In this document: positions 39,628 to 52,844 of the stretch, in pieces
Numbering within the stretch: position 1 is the first letter of the stretch
Layout of the letters: every line of letters begins with the position of its first letter
DNA from: Eledone cirrhosa
Taxonomy: Eukaryota
Assembly (NCBI GenBank): GCA_964016885.1
Contig: OZ024742.1
Coordinates: 135,966,001 to 136,030,000, forward strand
Length of the DNA stretch: 64,000 bases
Reading direction: 5' to 3'
Position numbers and translations under genes: made by a program
Notes under the pieces: generated by a model
Seen by the model: only the letters and a program-made list of their open reading frames with translations
Databases searched by the model: none
Told to the model about the DNA's origin: nothing

Positions 39628-41217
39628 TCACCTCTCCGTCTCCTGCGGACCAGGCTGCACAATGTCTATGGGGGTGTTGGAGGGGTTGTTTGGTAGGGTG
39701 GTGGTTCCTGGCGGGGTGGGGACGGAGATGTTTGGTGGGGAGGGGGTGTCTGGGGTGGGGGTGGGGAAACGTTTCAAGAGGACGCGGTTCGTTGGTTTAA
39801 CACACATATTCCCCACGTCCTCAGCAAAGTTTTCCTTTATGGACTTATAGGTGTCCGTAGGGACTCTAATCATCCTTAAATTAGGTTTGTCTTTACATTT
39901 GGTAAAATATTTTCCTTCGGTTTCCACGGAAGGGTTTTTGGAGATGATCTCCAACAAGCTTTTATTGTCAGTGTTTATGTATGTATAATATTTTTGTTGT
40001 GTTGTGTTAGTTTTTGTCTGTTGTTCTTGTGTGTTTTCGTTTTGTTGTGGGTATTTGTGTTTGGAGTGTTGTCATTGTTTTGTTTTCGGGAGGGGGGATT
40101 TTTGTTTGTAATGTTTGTGTTGTTTGTGTTGGTGGTTGTGTGTTTGTTGCCTTTTTGTTCGTGTTATGTCTTTTTTTTGGAGCGGAGGGGTTCTCCCTCG
40201 TCATCACTGAGTGATGACGAGGGGGCTTCGTCCGTTGTGGTGTCTGTTTGATTGGGGAGGGGTATGTTTTGGGGAGCTGTTGTACTTGTGGGTGCTTTGG
40301 GAGGTGTTTTAAGTGGGGAGGGGTTGGGTGGGACTGTGTTTGCAGTTTGGTTTGTTTTTGTTATTTGTGTGTGTTGTTGTTGCTGTGGTGGTGGTGGTAG
40401 TGGTTGTGTTGTTGTGTTGCGTGTCGACAGTAGTGCCTTTTTTTAATGCAGTTAATTGAGGGCAGGAAGCCCTCAGGTGAGCACTGCTTAAACACTGGTA
40501 ACATGAAAGCTGCCTACCCTCAACAGAAATGTTTATGTAGGAATTTTCATCCAGAGGCACACGTTGTGGTATTCTAGCTTGTATCGTTGAATATGCCCCT
40601 GGAGGACTTTCCTACCGAAATTACTGTATCTTCATCAGAAACCAGCTAATATCCACCAGATGTTTACATTTGGTGTGATATTTGTTACTTTTATTTTTTT
40701 AGTCCTTTTTCCCATATATGTTGGGAAAAGGGTGTAGAGGGGGACACAATTAGCGACACAGAATATTTCTGTGCCGTCAATTGGTCTTTCATTATTATTG
40801 ATAAACTTCGGAAGAGTTTCCCTTCTGTATGAAGGTAATCTCCTTCATGGAGTTTCTTAGAACCAGCTCAATTCGTTTTGAGTTAATTGAGTTGGTTTTC
40901 TGGTGGTATTTGAGATTGTCTTAAAAACTATAGTTTTCAGGACAGTGTCTCTATGCAATTCTTGGGGAGAAGTGATGCTAAAAGCGCCATTTTCCCCAAC
41001 AGTTGCCAATTGCTTGGCATCTCTTAGCAATTCTCCGCCATTAGAGATGTCAATCTGTGTATATAATTCTGTCTTTTGGACAGTTTGTGCAAACGAAACC
41101 TTTTTTTCCTTGTTTGTGGAGTTGTTCTTGTTGGTGTTGTTGTCATTACTGTTGCTGCTGTTGGTGTTGTTGTCATCATTGTTGCTATTGTTGTTGTTGG
41201 TGTCATTGTCGTCGTCG

Positions 41218-41275
<58 letters not shown>

Positions 41276-41305
41276 AATTGCTTGATTTGTGGTTGTGGAA
41301 TTCAT
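39628..41305 (-). pseudogene. LINE ORF1 (gag-like), disrupted
   Basis: VEGRQLSCYQCLSSAHLRASCP (CX2CX4HX4C knuckle); lies directly upstream of ORF2. Confidence 0.75.
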
Positions 41306-41655
41306 TTGTGAAGTTGTGTTTTTCTCTTGTTCAATATTTTTTGTGCCGTATGTGTTTCCATACTTTTGTTTTGTTGTGATTTATCACGGTCACTACCTGT
41401 TGCCATAGTGACATGCATTTCAACGCTCCCATTTCCATTTATGGCGGGAAGCGCTTTAATGTTAACATTCATAGTTAAACAAGTTGTTATAAATTTGTAT
41501 ATGAACATTTTTATGAAAATTTCAATGATCCGCCCACTGACAATTTAGTCAGAGGGCCAATCTATATAGTGGTATATTTTTTTTAAACAATATTTTTTGT
41601 TTTTTATAAATAAAAGACTTACCAGCGTGACTGGCACACAACTTCCTCTATTTAG

Positions 41656-41755
<100 letters not shown>

Positions 41756-41866
41756 GCAGGTAGGTAGATAAAGAGAGAGATGATCAATATCGTTCCAATT
41801 TTAGAACCATTATGTTCAATATAAAATTGCCAACATTTAGAATATGTTCTTTCATCACTCCTTCAC

Positions 41867-41973
<107 letters not shown>

Positions 41974-42937
41974 CTATAATTAAGTAAGGAGTACGGGACT
42001 GCGTACGGTTTATTTCTTTTAATCCATTTAGTAAAATAAGTTGGATTACTTTGAATAAATAATGAATGAATATTATATAATTTATCTACTAAATTTCGTA
42101 GCTGTTGATTAAATATATTTTATTCCTTTATTTAAAGATTCACTTCTTTAAAATTTTCAAATGTCAACAATTCCGGTTAGCGATCGCTTAAATAAACATT
42201 CATATATTTCCGTCGCTAATTTTCTCCTAATGTAGTTTATATATAATATCGTCTTTTTTAAAGTATCATGGATTACCTTACTGATTACACAATAGAGTGT
42301 AACGTAGTCTTCGTTCAATTTCTGTGTATATTTGATGTATCATATCTACATGTATATATAATTGCGTATAATATCAATATGCACACTCCACATGCTAGCA
42401 GAAAATCACTCGAGGGGTAGTTTTTCTGCTAGTATATATAATAAGTTGACGGGACTAGCATAAGGTTTCCCTGCTAGTACCAGTTGCATCTCAGCGTACT
42501 CAATAGGTAAGGTTATGTAAAAATCCCAGAGTAGACACAAAGTTAATTGCCTCAATACAACAAACGTAAATGGGTACCATAAATCTATACCCATACTCGA
42601 GTTTCGGCCACACTTAATGCATCAAGAGAGCGCACAGCGTCCACTGTCTGCATTTATCATGCAACAATGCACAATCGGTGCATGTGGCTTCATCACCTAA
42701 TCGACAGAATTCGACTTCTGTCCGTGCCGCCTATGGCAGTAAATGTGATAGACGACACAGTAGTACATTAGTAACTGAAATCCCTACGCTTCATCAAAAT
42801 GCCATCAACCCATTGGCCGTTGGTTCAGAAATTTACGTCATGGTAGGAGTTTAATTCTATTCTTCCGCCCCTCCATAAGGACTCACCAACATATCTCAAG
42901 TCAAACACAAATTAACAAGTAAGTGAAAACATCGGTG

Positions 42938-43122
42938 TATTGGCAGTATCGGTAGAGGGTCGGACGCCATGCTTTGCAGCAAAGAATTACGGCCCTTTAC
43001 GGTCTGAGTTCAAATCCCGCCGAGGTTAACTTTGCCTTTCATCCTTACGGGGTCGATAAAATAAAGTACCAGTAATACACTGGGATAATTGCGGGCCTTG
43101 TGCCAAAAGTAGAAACAATTAT
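42938..43122 (+). mobile_element. SINE family A copy
   Basis: Near-identical to 22513-22691. Confidence 0.92.
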
Positions 43123-43141
43123 TATATATATATATATAATA

Positions 43142-43515
43142 TAATTGTTGAGCAAACCTGCCAAATCCGCTACTAATTCATTGGTGTGGTAGTAGGCTTC
43201 TGTCATCTTAACAACCCACTCCTTCCGACTAGCCCCAGTGTCACGTGATTGATTCTTTAGAATCTGCCATTTGACCAGAGGCAGCGAACTTTTTCAGTGC
43301 ATGGAATCCAGTCGAATTATTAGTATTTTTATGTGAGTCCCTAGTGACCGCGCATTGCCTGGAGACTTAGCTGAGAATAGACTCCTTGATGACGTAATGA
43401 ATTCTCGATGGTTATATTACGTAACTATCTTTATCCCATTACAGAAACTAATTAGTTGGAGTGAAAATTTTAGTAAGTTAATTTTTAATTTTTTTTTAAA
43501 TTTTCTTATTTTACG

Positions 43516-43521
<6 letters not shown>
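43142..43521 (+). mobile_element. Diverged partial copy of the 535-bp hammerhead family
   Basis: Collinear with 32325-32724 (ttgttgagcaaa...tgtcacgtgattgattc...acttagctgaga...ttacgtct); same 3' end into (TA)n. Confidence 0.85.
43381..43462 (+). ncRNA. Type I hammerhead (535-bp family, diverged, U at position 3)
   Basis: actcc-TTGATGA-c-gtaatg...gatggtta/taactatc...cattac-a-GAAA-ctaattag-TT-ggagt. Confidence 0.72.
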
Positions 43522-43566
<45 letters not shown>

Positions 43567-43584
43567 TATATGTGTGTGTGTATG

Positions 43585-43633
<49 letters not shown>

Positions 43634-43642
43634 GTATGTATG

Positions 43643-43683
<41 letters not shown>

Positions 43684-43689
<6 letters not shown>

Positions 43690-46600
43690 ATAAATGCTCT
43701 GAAATAGCGATATATATGTGAATATAGACACAGAATATTCGAAAATATTCTGTATGTTTATAATAAACATTTTGAAGACCTAATCGCTATAGAACAGAAT
43801 ACGTCACGTATTACAATTAGATTCTCGATAAAAGCAAGGGAAGTAAGTCTACGCGTTTCATTCTTGTTAGAATTCATCAGGACTACATATCCAGTGCTTT
43901 CATCGAGAATGACACAGCTAGAGACTTATAGAATACTTAGCTGTGTACAGGAACTGGTTTGAAAGAGCGGTTGCCGGTCCGGCAGAAATTAGAAATTGGA
44001 ATAAATGCTCTGAAATAGCGATATATATGTGAATATAGACACAGAATATTCGAAAATATTCTGTATGTTTATAATAAACATTTTGAAGACCTAATCGCTA
44101 TAGAACAGAATACGTCACGTATTACAATTAGATTCTCGATAAAAGCAAGGGAAGTAAGTCTACGCGTTTCATTCTTGTTAGAATTCATCAGGACTACATA
44201 TCCAGTGCTTTCATCGAGAATGACACAGCTAGAGACTTATAGAATACTTAGCTGTGTACAGGAACTGGTTTGAAAGAGCGGTTGCCGGTCCGGCAGAAAT
44301 TAGAAATTGGAATAAATGCTCTGAAATAGCGATATATATGTGAATATAGACACAGAATATTCGAAAATATTCTGTATGTTTATAATAAACATTTTGAAGA
44401 CCTAATCGCTATAGAACAGAATACGTCACGTATTACAATTAGATTCTCGATAAAAGCAAGGGAAGTAAGTCTACGCGTTTCATTCTTGTTAGAATTCATC
44501 AGGACTACATATCCAGTGCTTTCATCGAGAATGACACAGCTAGAGACTTATAGAATACTTAGCTGTGTACAGGAACTGGTTTGAAAGAGCGGTTGCCGGT
44601 CCGGCAGAAATTAGAAATTGGAATAAATGCTCTGAAATAGCGATATATATGTGAATATAGACACAGAATATTCGAAAATATTCTGTATGTTTATAATAAA
44701 CATTTTGAAGACCTAATCGCTATAGAACAGAATACGTCACGTATTACAATTAGATTCTCGATAAAAGCAAGGGAAGTAAGTCTACGCGTTTCATTCTTGT
44801 TAGAATTCATCAGGACTACATATCCAGTGCTTTCATCGAGAATGACACAGCTAGAGACTTATAGAATACTTAGCTGTGTACAGGAACTGGTTTGAAAGAG
44901 CGGTTGCCGGTCCGGCAGAAATTAGAAATTGGAATAAATGCTCTGAAATAGCGATATATATGTGAATATAGACACAGAATATTCGAAAATATTCTGTATG
45001 TTTATAATAAACATTTTGAAGACCTAATCGCTATAGAACTTACTTCCCTTGCTTTTATCGAGAATCTAATTGTAATACGTGACGTATTCTGTTCTATAGC
45101 GATTAGGTCTTCAAAATGTTTATTATAAACATACAGAATATTTTCGAATATTCTGTGTCTATATTCACATATATATCGCTATTTCAGAGCATTTATTCCA
45201 ATTTCTAATTTCTGCCGGACCGGCAACCGCTCTTTCAAACCAGTTCCTGTACACAGCTAAGTATTCTATAAGTCTCTAGCTGTGTCATTCTCGATGAAAG
45301 CACTGGATATGTAGTCCTGATGAATTCTAACAAGAATGAAACGCGTAGACTTACTTCCCTTGCTTTTATCGAGAATCTAATTGTAATACGTGACGTATTC
45401 TGTTCTATAGCGATTAGGTCTTCAAAATGTTTATTATAAACATACAGAATATTTTCGAATATTCTGTGTCTATATTCACATATATATCGCTATTTCAGAG
45501 CATTTATTCCAATTTCTAATTTCTGCCGGACCGGCAACCGCTCTTTCAAACCAGTTCCTGTACACAGCTAAGTATTCTATAAGTCTCTAGCTGTGTCATT
45601 CTCGATGAAAGCACTGGATATGTAGTCCTGATGAATTCTAACAAGAATGAAACGCGTAGACTTACTTCCCTTGCTTTTATCGAGAATCTAATTGTAATAC
45701 GTGACGTATTCTGTTCTATAGCGATTAGGTCTTCAAAATGTTTATTATAAACATACAGAATATTTTCGAATATTCTGTGTCTATATTCACATATATATCG
45801 CTATTTCAGAGCATTTATTCCAATTTCTAATTTCTGCCGGACCGGCAACCGCTCTTTCAAACCAGTTCCTGTACACAGCTAAGTATTCTATAAGTCTCTA
45901 GCTGTGTCATTCTCGATGAAAGCACTGGATATGTAGTCCTGATGAATTCTAACAAGAATGAAACGCGTAGACTTACTTCCCTTGCTTTTATCGAGAATCT
46001 AATTGTAATACGTGACGTATTCTGTTCTATAGCGATTAGGTCTTCAAAATGTTTATTATAAACATACAGAATATTTTCGAATATTCTGTGTCTATATTCA
46101 CATATATATCGCTATTTCAGAGCATTTATTCCAATTTCTAATTTCTGCCGGACCGGCAACCGCTCTTTCAAACCAGTTCCTGTACACAGCTAAGTATTCT
46201 ATAAGTCTCTAGCTGTGTCATTCTCGATGAAAGCACTGGATATGTAGTCCTGATGAATTCTAACAAGAATGAAACGCGTAGACTTACTTCCCTTGCTTTT
46301 ATCGAGAATCTAATTGTAATACGTGACGTATTCTGTTCTATAGCGATTAGGTCTTCAAAATGTTTATTATAAACATACAGAATATTTTCGAATATTCTGT
46401 GTCTATATTCACATATATATCGCTATTTCAGAGCATTTATTCCAATTTCTAATTTCTGCCGGACCGGCAACCGCTCTTTCAAACCAGTTCCTGTACACAG
46501 CTAAGTATTCTATAAGTCTCTAGCTGTGTCATTCTCGATGAAAGCACTGGATATGTAGTCCTGATGAATTCTAACAAGAATGAAACGCGTAGACTTACTT

Positions 46601-48584
46601 CCCTTGCTTTTATCGAGAATCTAATTGTAATACGTGACGTATTCTGTTCTATAGCGATTAGGTCTTCAAAATGTTTATTATAAACATACAGAATATTTTC
46701 GAATATTCTGTGTCTATATTCACATATATATCGCTATTTCAGAGCATTTATTCCAATTTCTAATTTCTGCCGGACCGGCAACCGCTCTTTCAAACCAGTT
46801 CCTGTACACAGCTAAGTATTCTATAAGTCTCTAGCTGTGTCATTCTCGATGAAAGCACTGGATATGTAGTCCTGATGAATTCTAACAAGAATGAAACGCG
46901 TAGACTTACTTCCCTTGCTTTTATCGAGAATCTAATTGTAATACGTGACGTATTCTGTTCTATAGCGATTAGGTCTTCAAAATGTTTATTATAAACATAC
47001 AGAATATTTTCGAATATTCTGTGTCTATATTCACATATATATCGCTATTTCAGAGCATTTATTCCAATTTCTAATTTCTGCCGGACCGGCAACCGCTCTT
47101 TCAAACCAGTTCCTGTACACAGCTAAGTATTCTATAAGTCTCTAGCTGTGTCATTCTCGATGAAAGCACTGGATATGTAGTCCTGATGAATTCTAACAAG
47201 AATGAAACGCGTAGACTTACTTCCCTTGCTTTTATCGAGAATCTAATTGTAATACGTGACGTATTCTGTTCTATAGCGATTAGGTCTTCAAAATGTTTAT
47301 TATAAACATACAGAATATTTTCGAATATTCTGTGTCTATATTCACATATATATCGCTATTTCAGAGCATTTATTCCAATTTCTAATTTCTGCCGGACCGG
47401 CAACCGCTCTTTCAAACCAGTTCCTGTACACAGCTAAGTATTCTATAAGTCTCTAGCTGTGTCATTCTCGATGAAAGCACTGGATATGTAGTCCTGATGA
47501 ATTCTAACAAGAATGAAACGCGTAGACTTACTTCCCTTGCTTTTATCGAGAATCTAATTGTAATACGTGACGTATTCTGTTCTATAGCGATTAGGTCTTC
47601 AAAATGTTTATTATAAACATACAGAATATTTTCGAATATTCTGTGTCTATATTCACATATATATCGCTATTTCAGAGCATTTATTCCAATTTCTAATTTC
47701 TGCCGGACCGGCAACCGCTCTTTCAAACCAGTTCCTGTACACAGCTAAGTATTCTATAAGTCTCTAGCTGTGTCATTCTCGATGAAAGCACTGGATATGT
47801 AGTCCTGATGAATTCTAACAAGAATGAAACGCGTAGACTTACTTCCCTTGCTTTTATCGAGAATCTAATTGTAATACGTGACGTATTCTGTTCTATAGCG
47901 ATTAGGTCTTCAAAATGTTTATTATAAACATACAGAATATTTTCGAATATTCTGTGTCTATATTCACATATATATCGCTATTTCAGAGCATTTATTCCAA
48001 TTTCTAATTTCTGCCGGACCGGCAACCGCTCTTTCAAACCAGTTCCTGTACACAGCTAAGTATTCTATAAGTCTCTAGCTGTGTCATTCTCGATGAAAGC
48101 ACTGGATATGTAGTCCTGATGAATTCTAACAAGAATGAAACGCGTAGACTTACTTCCCTTGCTTTTATCGAGAATCTAATTGTAATACGTGACGTATTCT
48201 GTTCTATAGCGATTAGGTCTTCAAAATGTTTATTATAAACATACAGAATATTTTCGAATATTCTGTGTCTATATTCACATATATATCGCTATTTCAGAGC
48301 ATTTATTCCAATTTCTAATTTCTGCCGGACCGGCAACCGCTCTTTCAAACCAGTTCCTGTACACAGCTAAGTATTCTATAAGTCTCTAGCTGTGTCATTC
48401 TCGATGAAAGCACTGGATATGTAGTCCTGATGAATTCTAACAAGAATGAAACGCGTAGACTTACTTCCCTTGCTTTTATCGAGAATCTAATTGTAATACG
48501 TGACGTATTCTGTTCTATAGCGATTAGGTCTTCAAAATGTTTATTATAAACATACAGAATATTTTCGAATATTCTGTGTCTATA

Positions 48585-48588
<4 letters not shown>
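43684..48588. mobile_element. Tandem array of 311-bp hammerhead-bearing units (retrozyme-like): about 4.4 units minus-sense plus about 11.4 units plus-sense, in (TA)n
   Basis: ggaataaatgc at 43687, 43998, 44309, 44620, 44931; orientation flips at 45038-45039; units look identical; one HHR per unit. Confidence 0.95.
45287..45376 (+). ncRNA. Type I hammerhead, first of 11 plus-strand copies (period 311; 4 more on minus)
   Basis: gtagtc-CTGATGA-attct-aaca-agaat-GAAA-cgcg-TA-gac(t)tac; distal stem I attctcgatgaaagca/tgcttttatcgagaat (16 bp). Confidence 0.93.
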
Positions 48589-48623
<35 letters not shown>

Positions 48624-48833
48624 TTATTTATATATATGACTTCTACAGGAATAGAACTGTTTCATACGTATGAAATCATCCGGAATTCCTGATGATTTCA
48701 TATGAATTCAACAATTCTAATCCTGTAGAAGACTTTTCTTGTATAATAAAGTTGCCTATACTTTACCAACGTATTTAATACCCTCTCATCTTTATCCTAC
48801 CAATCCCCGAAACATTTCTTGAACCTGTATATA

Positions 48834-48953
<120 letters not shown>

Positions 48954-49075
48954 TGCGTGCGTGCGTGTGTTTGATGTTTCTTCTAAGTCTTTAGAATAAA
49001 AATTCAAAGACACAGACAATGGAAAAAACGACGCACACACACACGCACGCACACACACACACACACACACACCCA

Positions 49076-49786
49076 TTAGGTCCGGGACATCCACGTGCAA
49101 TCGTCTCATTACAAATAACTTCTTGTAAGCACTATGTGACAGCTTTGCACGGTTATAGGCTCAAACCATATCTCGTTGAGTGAGTTATGGGAGCAACAGA
49201 GAATATAGTGAATATATTTCCTATAACCTCTTTATTATACATTATTTTCTCCCAATTTACAGGACAGCTTGTAACGTGAGTAAATGGTATTTACATCATT
49301 CAGTTACCTCAGTATTATTTTGTAATTTCTTTTGTTCTTATTTGACTGGTCGTGGTCTAAATCAGCTATAAATTCTATATATTTTATTTTAAATTTGCCG
49401 CTATAGCACAGTCCCCTAGCAAGGATCGAATCTATCTTCCTCGTGTCACGTCACGTGTTGATGACTGTCACACTCGCCATTAAAGCAATAATTTCCTGTC
49501 GTTTATGGAAGCTAGACGAGTTCACCCTCTCTCACTATCGAGGAGAATTCCCACCGAAGAAGTGATGTAGAATTTGGCCTGCACACATGCACGGTGCAGC
49601 CACTGTGAAAGACAAATTGCAAATGATCTTTGGGTCCGGGACATCTATGTGCAATCGCCTCATTATAAATAACTTTTTATAAGCACTCCGAGACAGCTTT
49701 GAACGGTTGTACGTTTAACCCATATCTCGTTGAGTGAATAATGGGAACAACCCAGAACATAGAGAATATATTTCCTATAATCTCGT

Positions 49787-49790
<4 letters not shown>
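49076..49790 (+). mobile_element. 554-bp non-coding unit with about 160-bp terminal duplication and a degenerate hammerhead (49550-49634)
   Basis: ggtccgggacat at 49079 and 49633; ccca-CCGAAGA-agtg...cact-gt-GAAA-ga...tc-TT-tggg. Confidence 0.65.
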
Positions 49791-49855
<65 letters not shown>

Positions 49856-49972
49856 TATAATATATATATATATATATGTCTGTATATATATGTATGTATA
49901 TATGTCTGTATATATATGTGTGTGTGTGTATGTATGTGTGTGTGTATATATATATGTGTATATATATATATG

Positions 49973-50027
<55 letters not shown>

Positions 50028-51187
50028 ACGTGTGAATGGCAATCAAAGAGTGTTTAAACTTTCAAAGATTTTATCACTTACGATCGTTTCATCCCAGGAC
50101 AAGGCCGGATTATTCGGGGTTGCGTCGGAGTTGATATCAAAAGTCAAACAGAAATATAATATCAGTACTTTGTCACAAGAACACTAGGAGGATACATAAT
50201 ATGGGAGGCTAGATAAGCATAATTATCAACATTTATATAAGGTAACAGAGGCGTAAAAACATATGAAACCATATGGTGATGTAGATGATGTGTCTTGAGT
50301 GCCAAATTGATAACAATTCCATCTATATTGGATTTTTTACTTTGAAGATTGTATTTCAAAGTCTGCTTCGTGCATTTCCAGAAAAGTAAACACAAATGTG
50401 TGCGGCAGTCGTTTCTCTCGGAAATATCTCTGTTCTAGCGACAACTCGTTAAGCAAAGGAAAATCTCATTCTTTTTGAAAATTTCTAAGCCGAAAACGCA
50501 ACGGTTACCGTCTTTCTAATGGTTGGTGGTTGGTATTTTTGTAGATATGTGCATTCTTCTAGATTTGTTTTCTATAAAGCTAGTGCTTGCATGTCTGGAA
50601 TAGTAGGAAGTTAACTATTGTTAATTTGATATGAACAGTTATATAAAACTGTAAATCCATGAATATATTTCCTGTTTTCCTGAGTTTTTCCATGACACGG
50701 CTATTCATATGGTGAGGGGTAATCAAGACATCATTTTTATACAGATCAGTGTTATGCGAGGAGCTTTACTTTCGAGAAGTGCCAAGAAGAGACAGACTCA
50801 CAAGTTGGGTCATTTCGACGCTAACATAGATTTCCAATGATACATTGTTTAATAGGTTACACCTTTACTCATCCATATAAAATAGTTGTTCTATAACAAT
50901 GATTTTCCGGTGTTCACAATCAAATTATTTTTGATACTCCAAATCGTAGTCAATTGTTTTCCAAAATCAAGAATTATCAGAGTGATTTATTTAGATATTG
51001 TTGGTTAGAAGACGGGAATATCATATGCTATAAATTTGCATGATTTTTTGTTATAAAACTGCTATTTGGGGCAGTATTGCTATTAAATAGATTTAATTTT
51101 GTGGTACTTCAGGTTTTGAGGTTAATGATGTCGAACGTGTGCTTATTAACTCTGCTCAATTTGCTTTGGAAGGGATATTTACACAAA

Positions 51188-51262
<75 letters not shown>

Positions 51263-51275
51263 GCACACACACACA

Positions 51276-51336
<61 letters not shown>

Positions 51337-51739
51337 ATTCAAAGACAACAGAAAAAACAACAGAAAAACGGTCAGTTCAGTCTCCTTAGGTCAACATCTG
51401 GAAATCACTACAGTTTCGGTTAATTTAAGGTTGAAACTATTTATTCCAGTGAACATTGAGAGGTGACAAATCAGGTAGAGACAAAGACAGGACAATTTAT
51501 GCCTTTCACCGAATTACTCGAATAAAGACGAAAAAGTATCCCAATCTATCAGCTGGCAAAGAAGGGAGAGGATCGTGCATGAGGGCTTAGTAAAAAGAGA
51601 AAAAAATATAAAGAAAGGGGAGAAATAGAAAAATAGAAAAGAATAATATGAACTGCAGTCCAACGTGAAGAATGACACTGAGGCGTAGAAAAGGTGAGAA
51701 GGGAGCATATGGGAAGACAGACTGGGGGTGTTATTGTTA

Positions 51740-51835
51740 TTGGCAGAGTCGTTAGAACGTCAGATAAAATGCTTTACGGTATTTGTTCCTGCTTTCTGCT
51801 CGCGGAGTTCAAATCCCACCGAGGTCAACTTTTCA
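51740..51835 (+). mobile_element. SINE family A 5' fragment
   Basis: tggcagagtcgttag...gagttcaaatcccaccgaggtcaactt. Confidence 0.75.
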
Positions 51836-52844
51836 AATAAGAAATACAATTGGACATTGCAACATATCAAAATTGCTATATTATGGTGGGGGAAGATCTA
51901 CCTCAGCACACGCAGTAAACATTCAGTCTCACAGGAAACTCCCAAGCGAAAAGGCAAGGTACGACTAAAATCTATTGGCAGACTTCTTCGTTAAGAGATT
52001 CTAATACATGACACATTTCGATGTTATAAACAATAACAAAGTTACTTTTTGCGCCATATTTTTTTTTTTTTTTTTTCGTGGTGGAGGGAATACTGGTGTG
52101 AACAGGTTTGATTCTAGGAGATCAATACTTGTGGTCTATGATGAAATTGAGCGGTCCAAATTGTTGGAGGAGACTGATAAATTATGGGAAGTTTAAATTG
52201 AAAACTGTGATGCGGTGGAGGTGGTCCTGAGTGTTGACTGTCTAAGGAATAAGACAGATATGTTAAAGCATGTTTACAAAGCAGATATTCAATATCTTTT
52301 CTTTTAAAATATAATTGTTTCTACTTTTGGCACAAGGCCAACAATTACTCAGCGCATTACTGGTACTTTATTTTATTTTATTTCTTTTAAAATATAATAG
52401 GGTTTCTTTAGCGTTTAAGCATTTAAGCCGACTGTATCCGGCCAGAGCGCTCTCACCTGTTTCTGTTCAAAACATCTATAACTGGCCGCTCATACTTACA
52501 TAAAGGTATTGTTCTGAAAATAAATGACATCAAAAACTTGTAAAATCGATATTATGTGAGATAATTATGTTAGATGTACTGTTATGTTAGATGTACTGTT
52601 AAAATACAATAGTAAATTTAGAAAAATGTAAATACTAAAGGGTTAGAGGACTGTATTACTGCAACTTCTAACACGTCAAGCAAGCAAATTAAGCGTTCCT
52701 TTATTGGTACAATACCTCGGCGTAGTAGTGGTGTAAAATCATGCAACCATAGCTGTGGCTTCAATCAAATTTTAAATAATTGTTGTGAATCTGTGCAATG
52801 GTCAGTAGCAGCAATATTGTAGGACTCACATATAATTCCGGAAT

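Larger units (their letters stand above)
35930..41320 (-). mobile_element. Near full-length Tx1/L1-clade LINE, disrupted
   Basis: ORF1 remnant with CCHC knuckle, ORF2 APE-RT-C-terminal domain, and a 3'UTR ending ...gtgtctaataaagaaac. Confidence 0.93.

Noticed and set aside
42390-42930. Non-repetitive stretch with short hairpins and short open frames
   Set aside because: Stops in all extended frames I tried, no recognisable domain or ribozyme core
43684-48588. CRISPR array or ordinary satellite reading of the 311-bp repeats
   Set aside because: Units are wholly identical with no variable spacers and no cas genes; the ribozyme and junction geometry point to a retro-mobilised RNA
50040-51060. 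Possible minus-strand exon or TE remnant, including acgatcgtttc
   Set aside because: Frames are interrupted by stops, no motif recognised, and no CUGANGA partner for the GAAAC half
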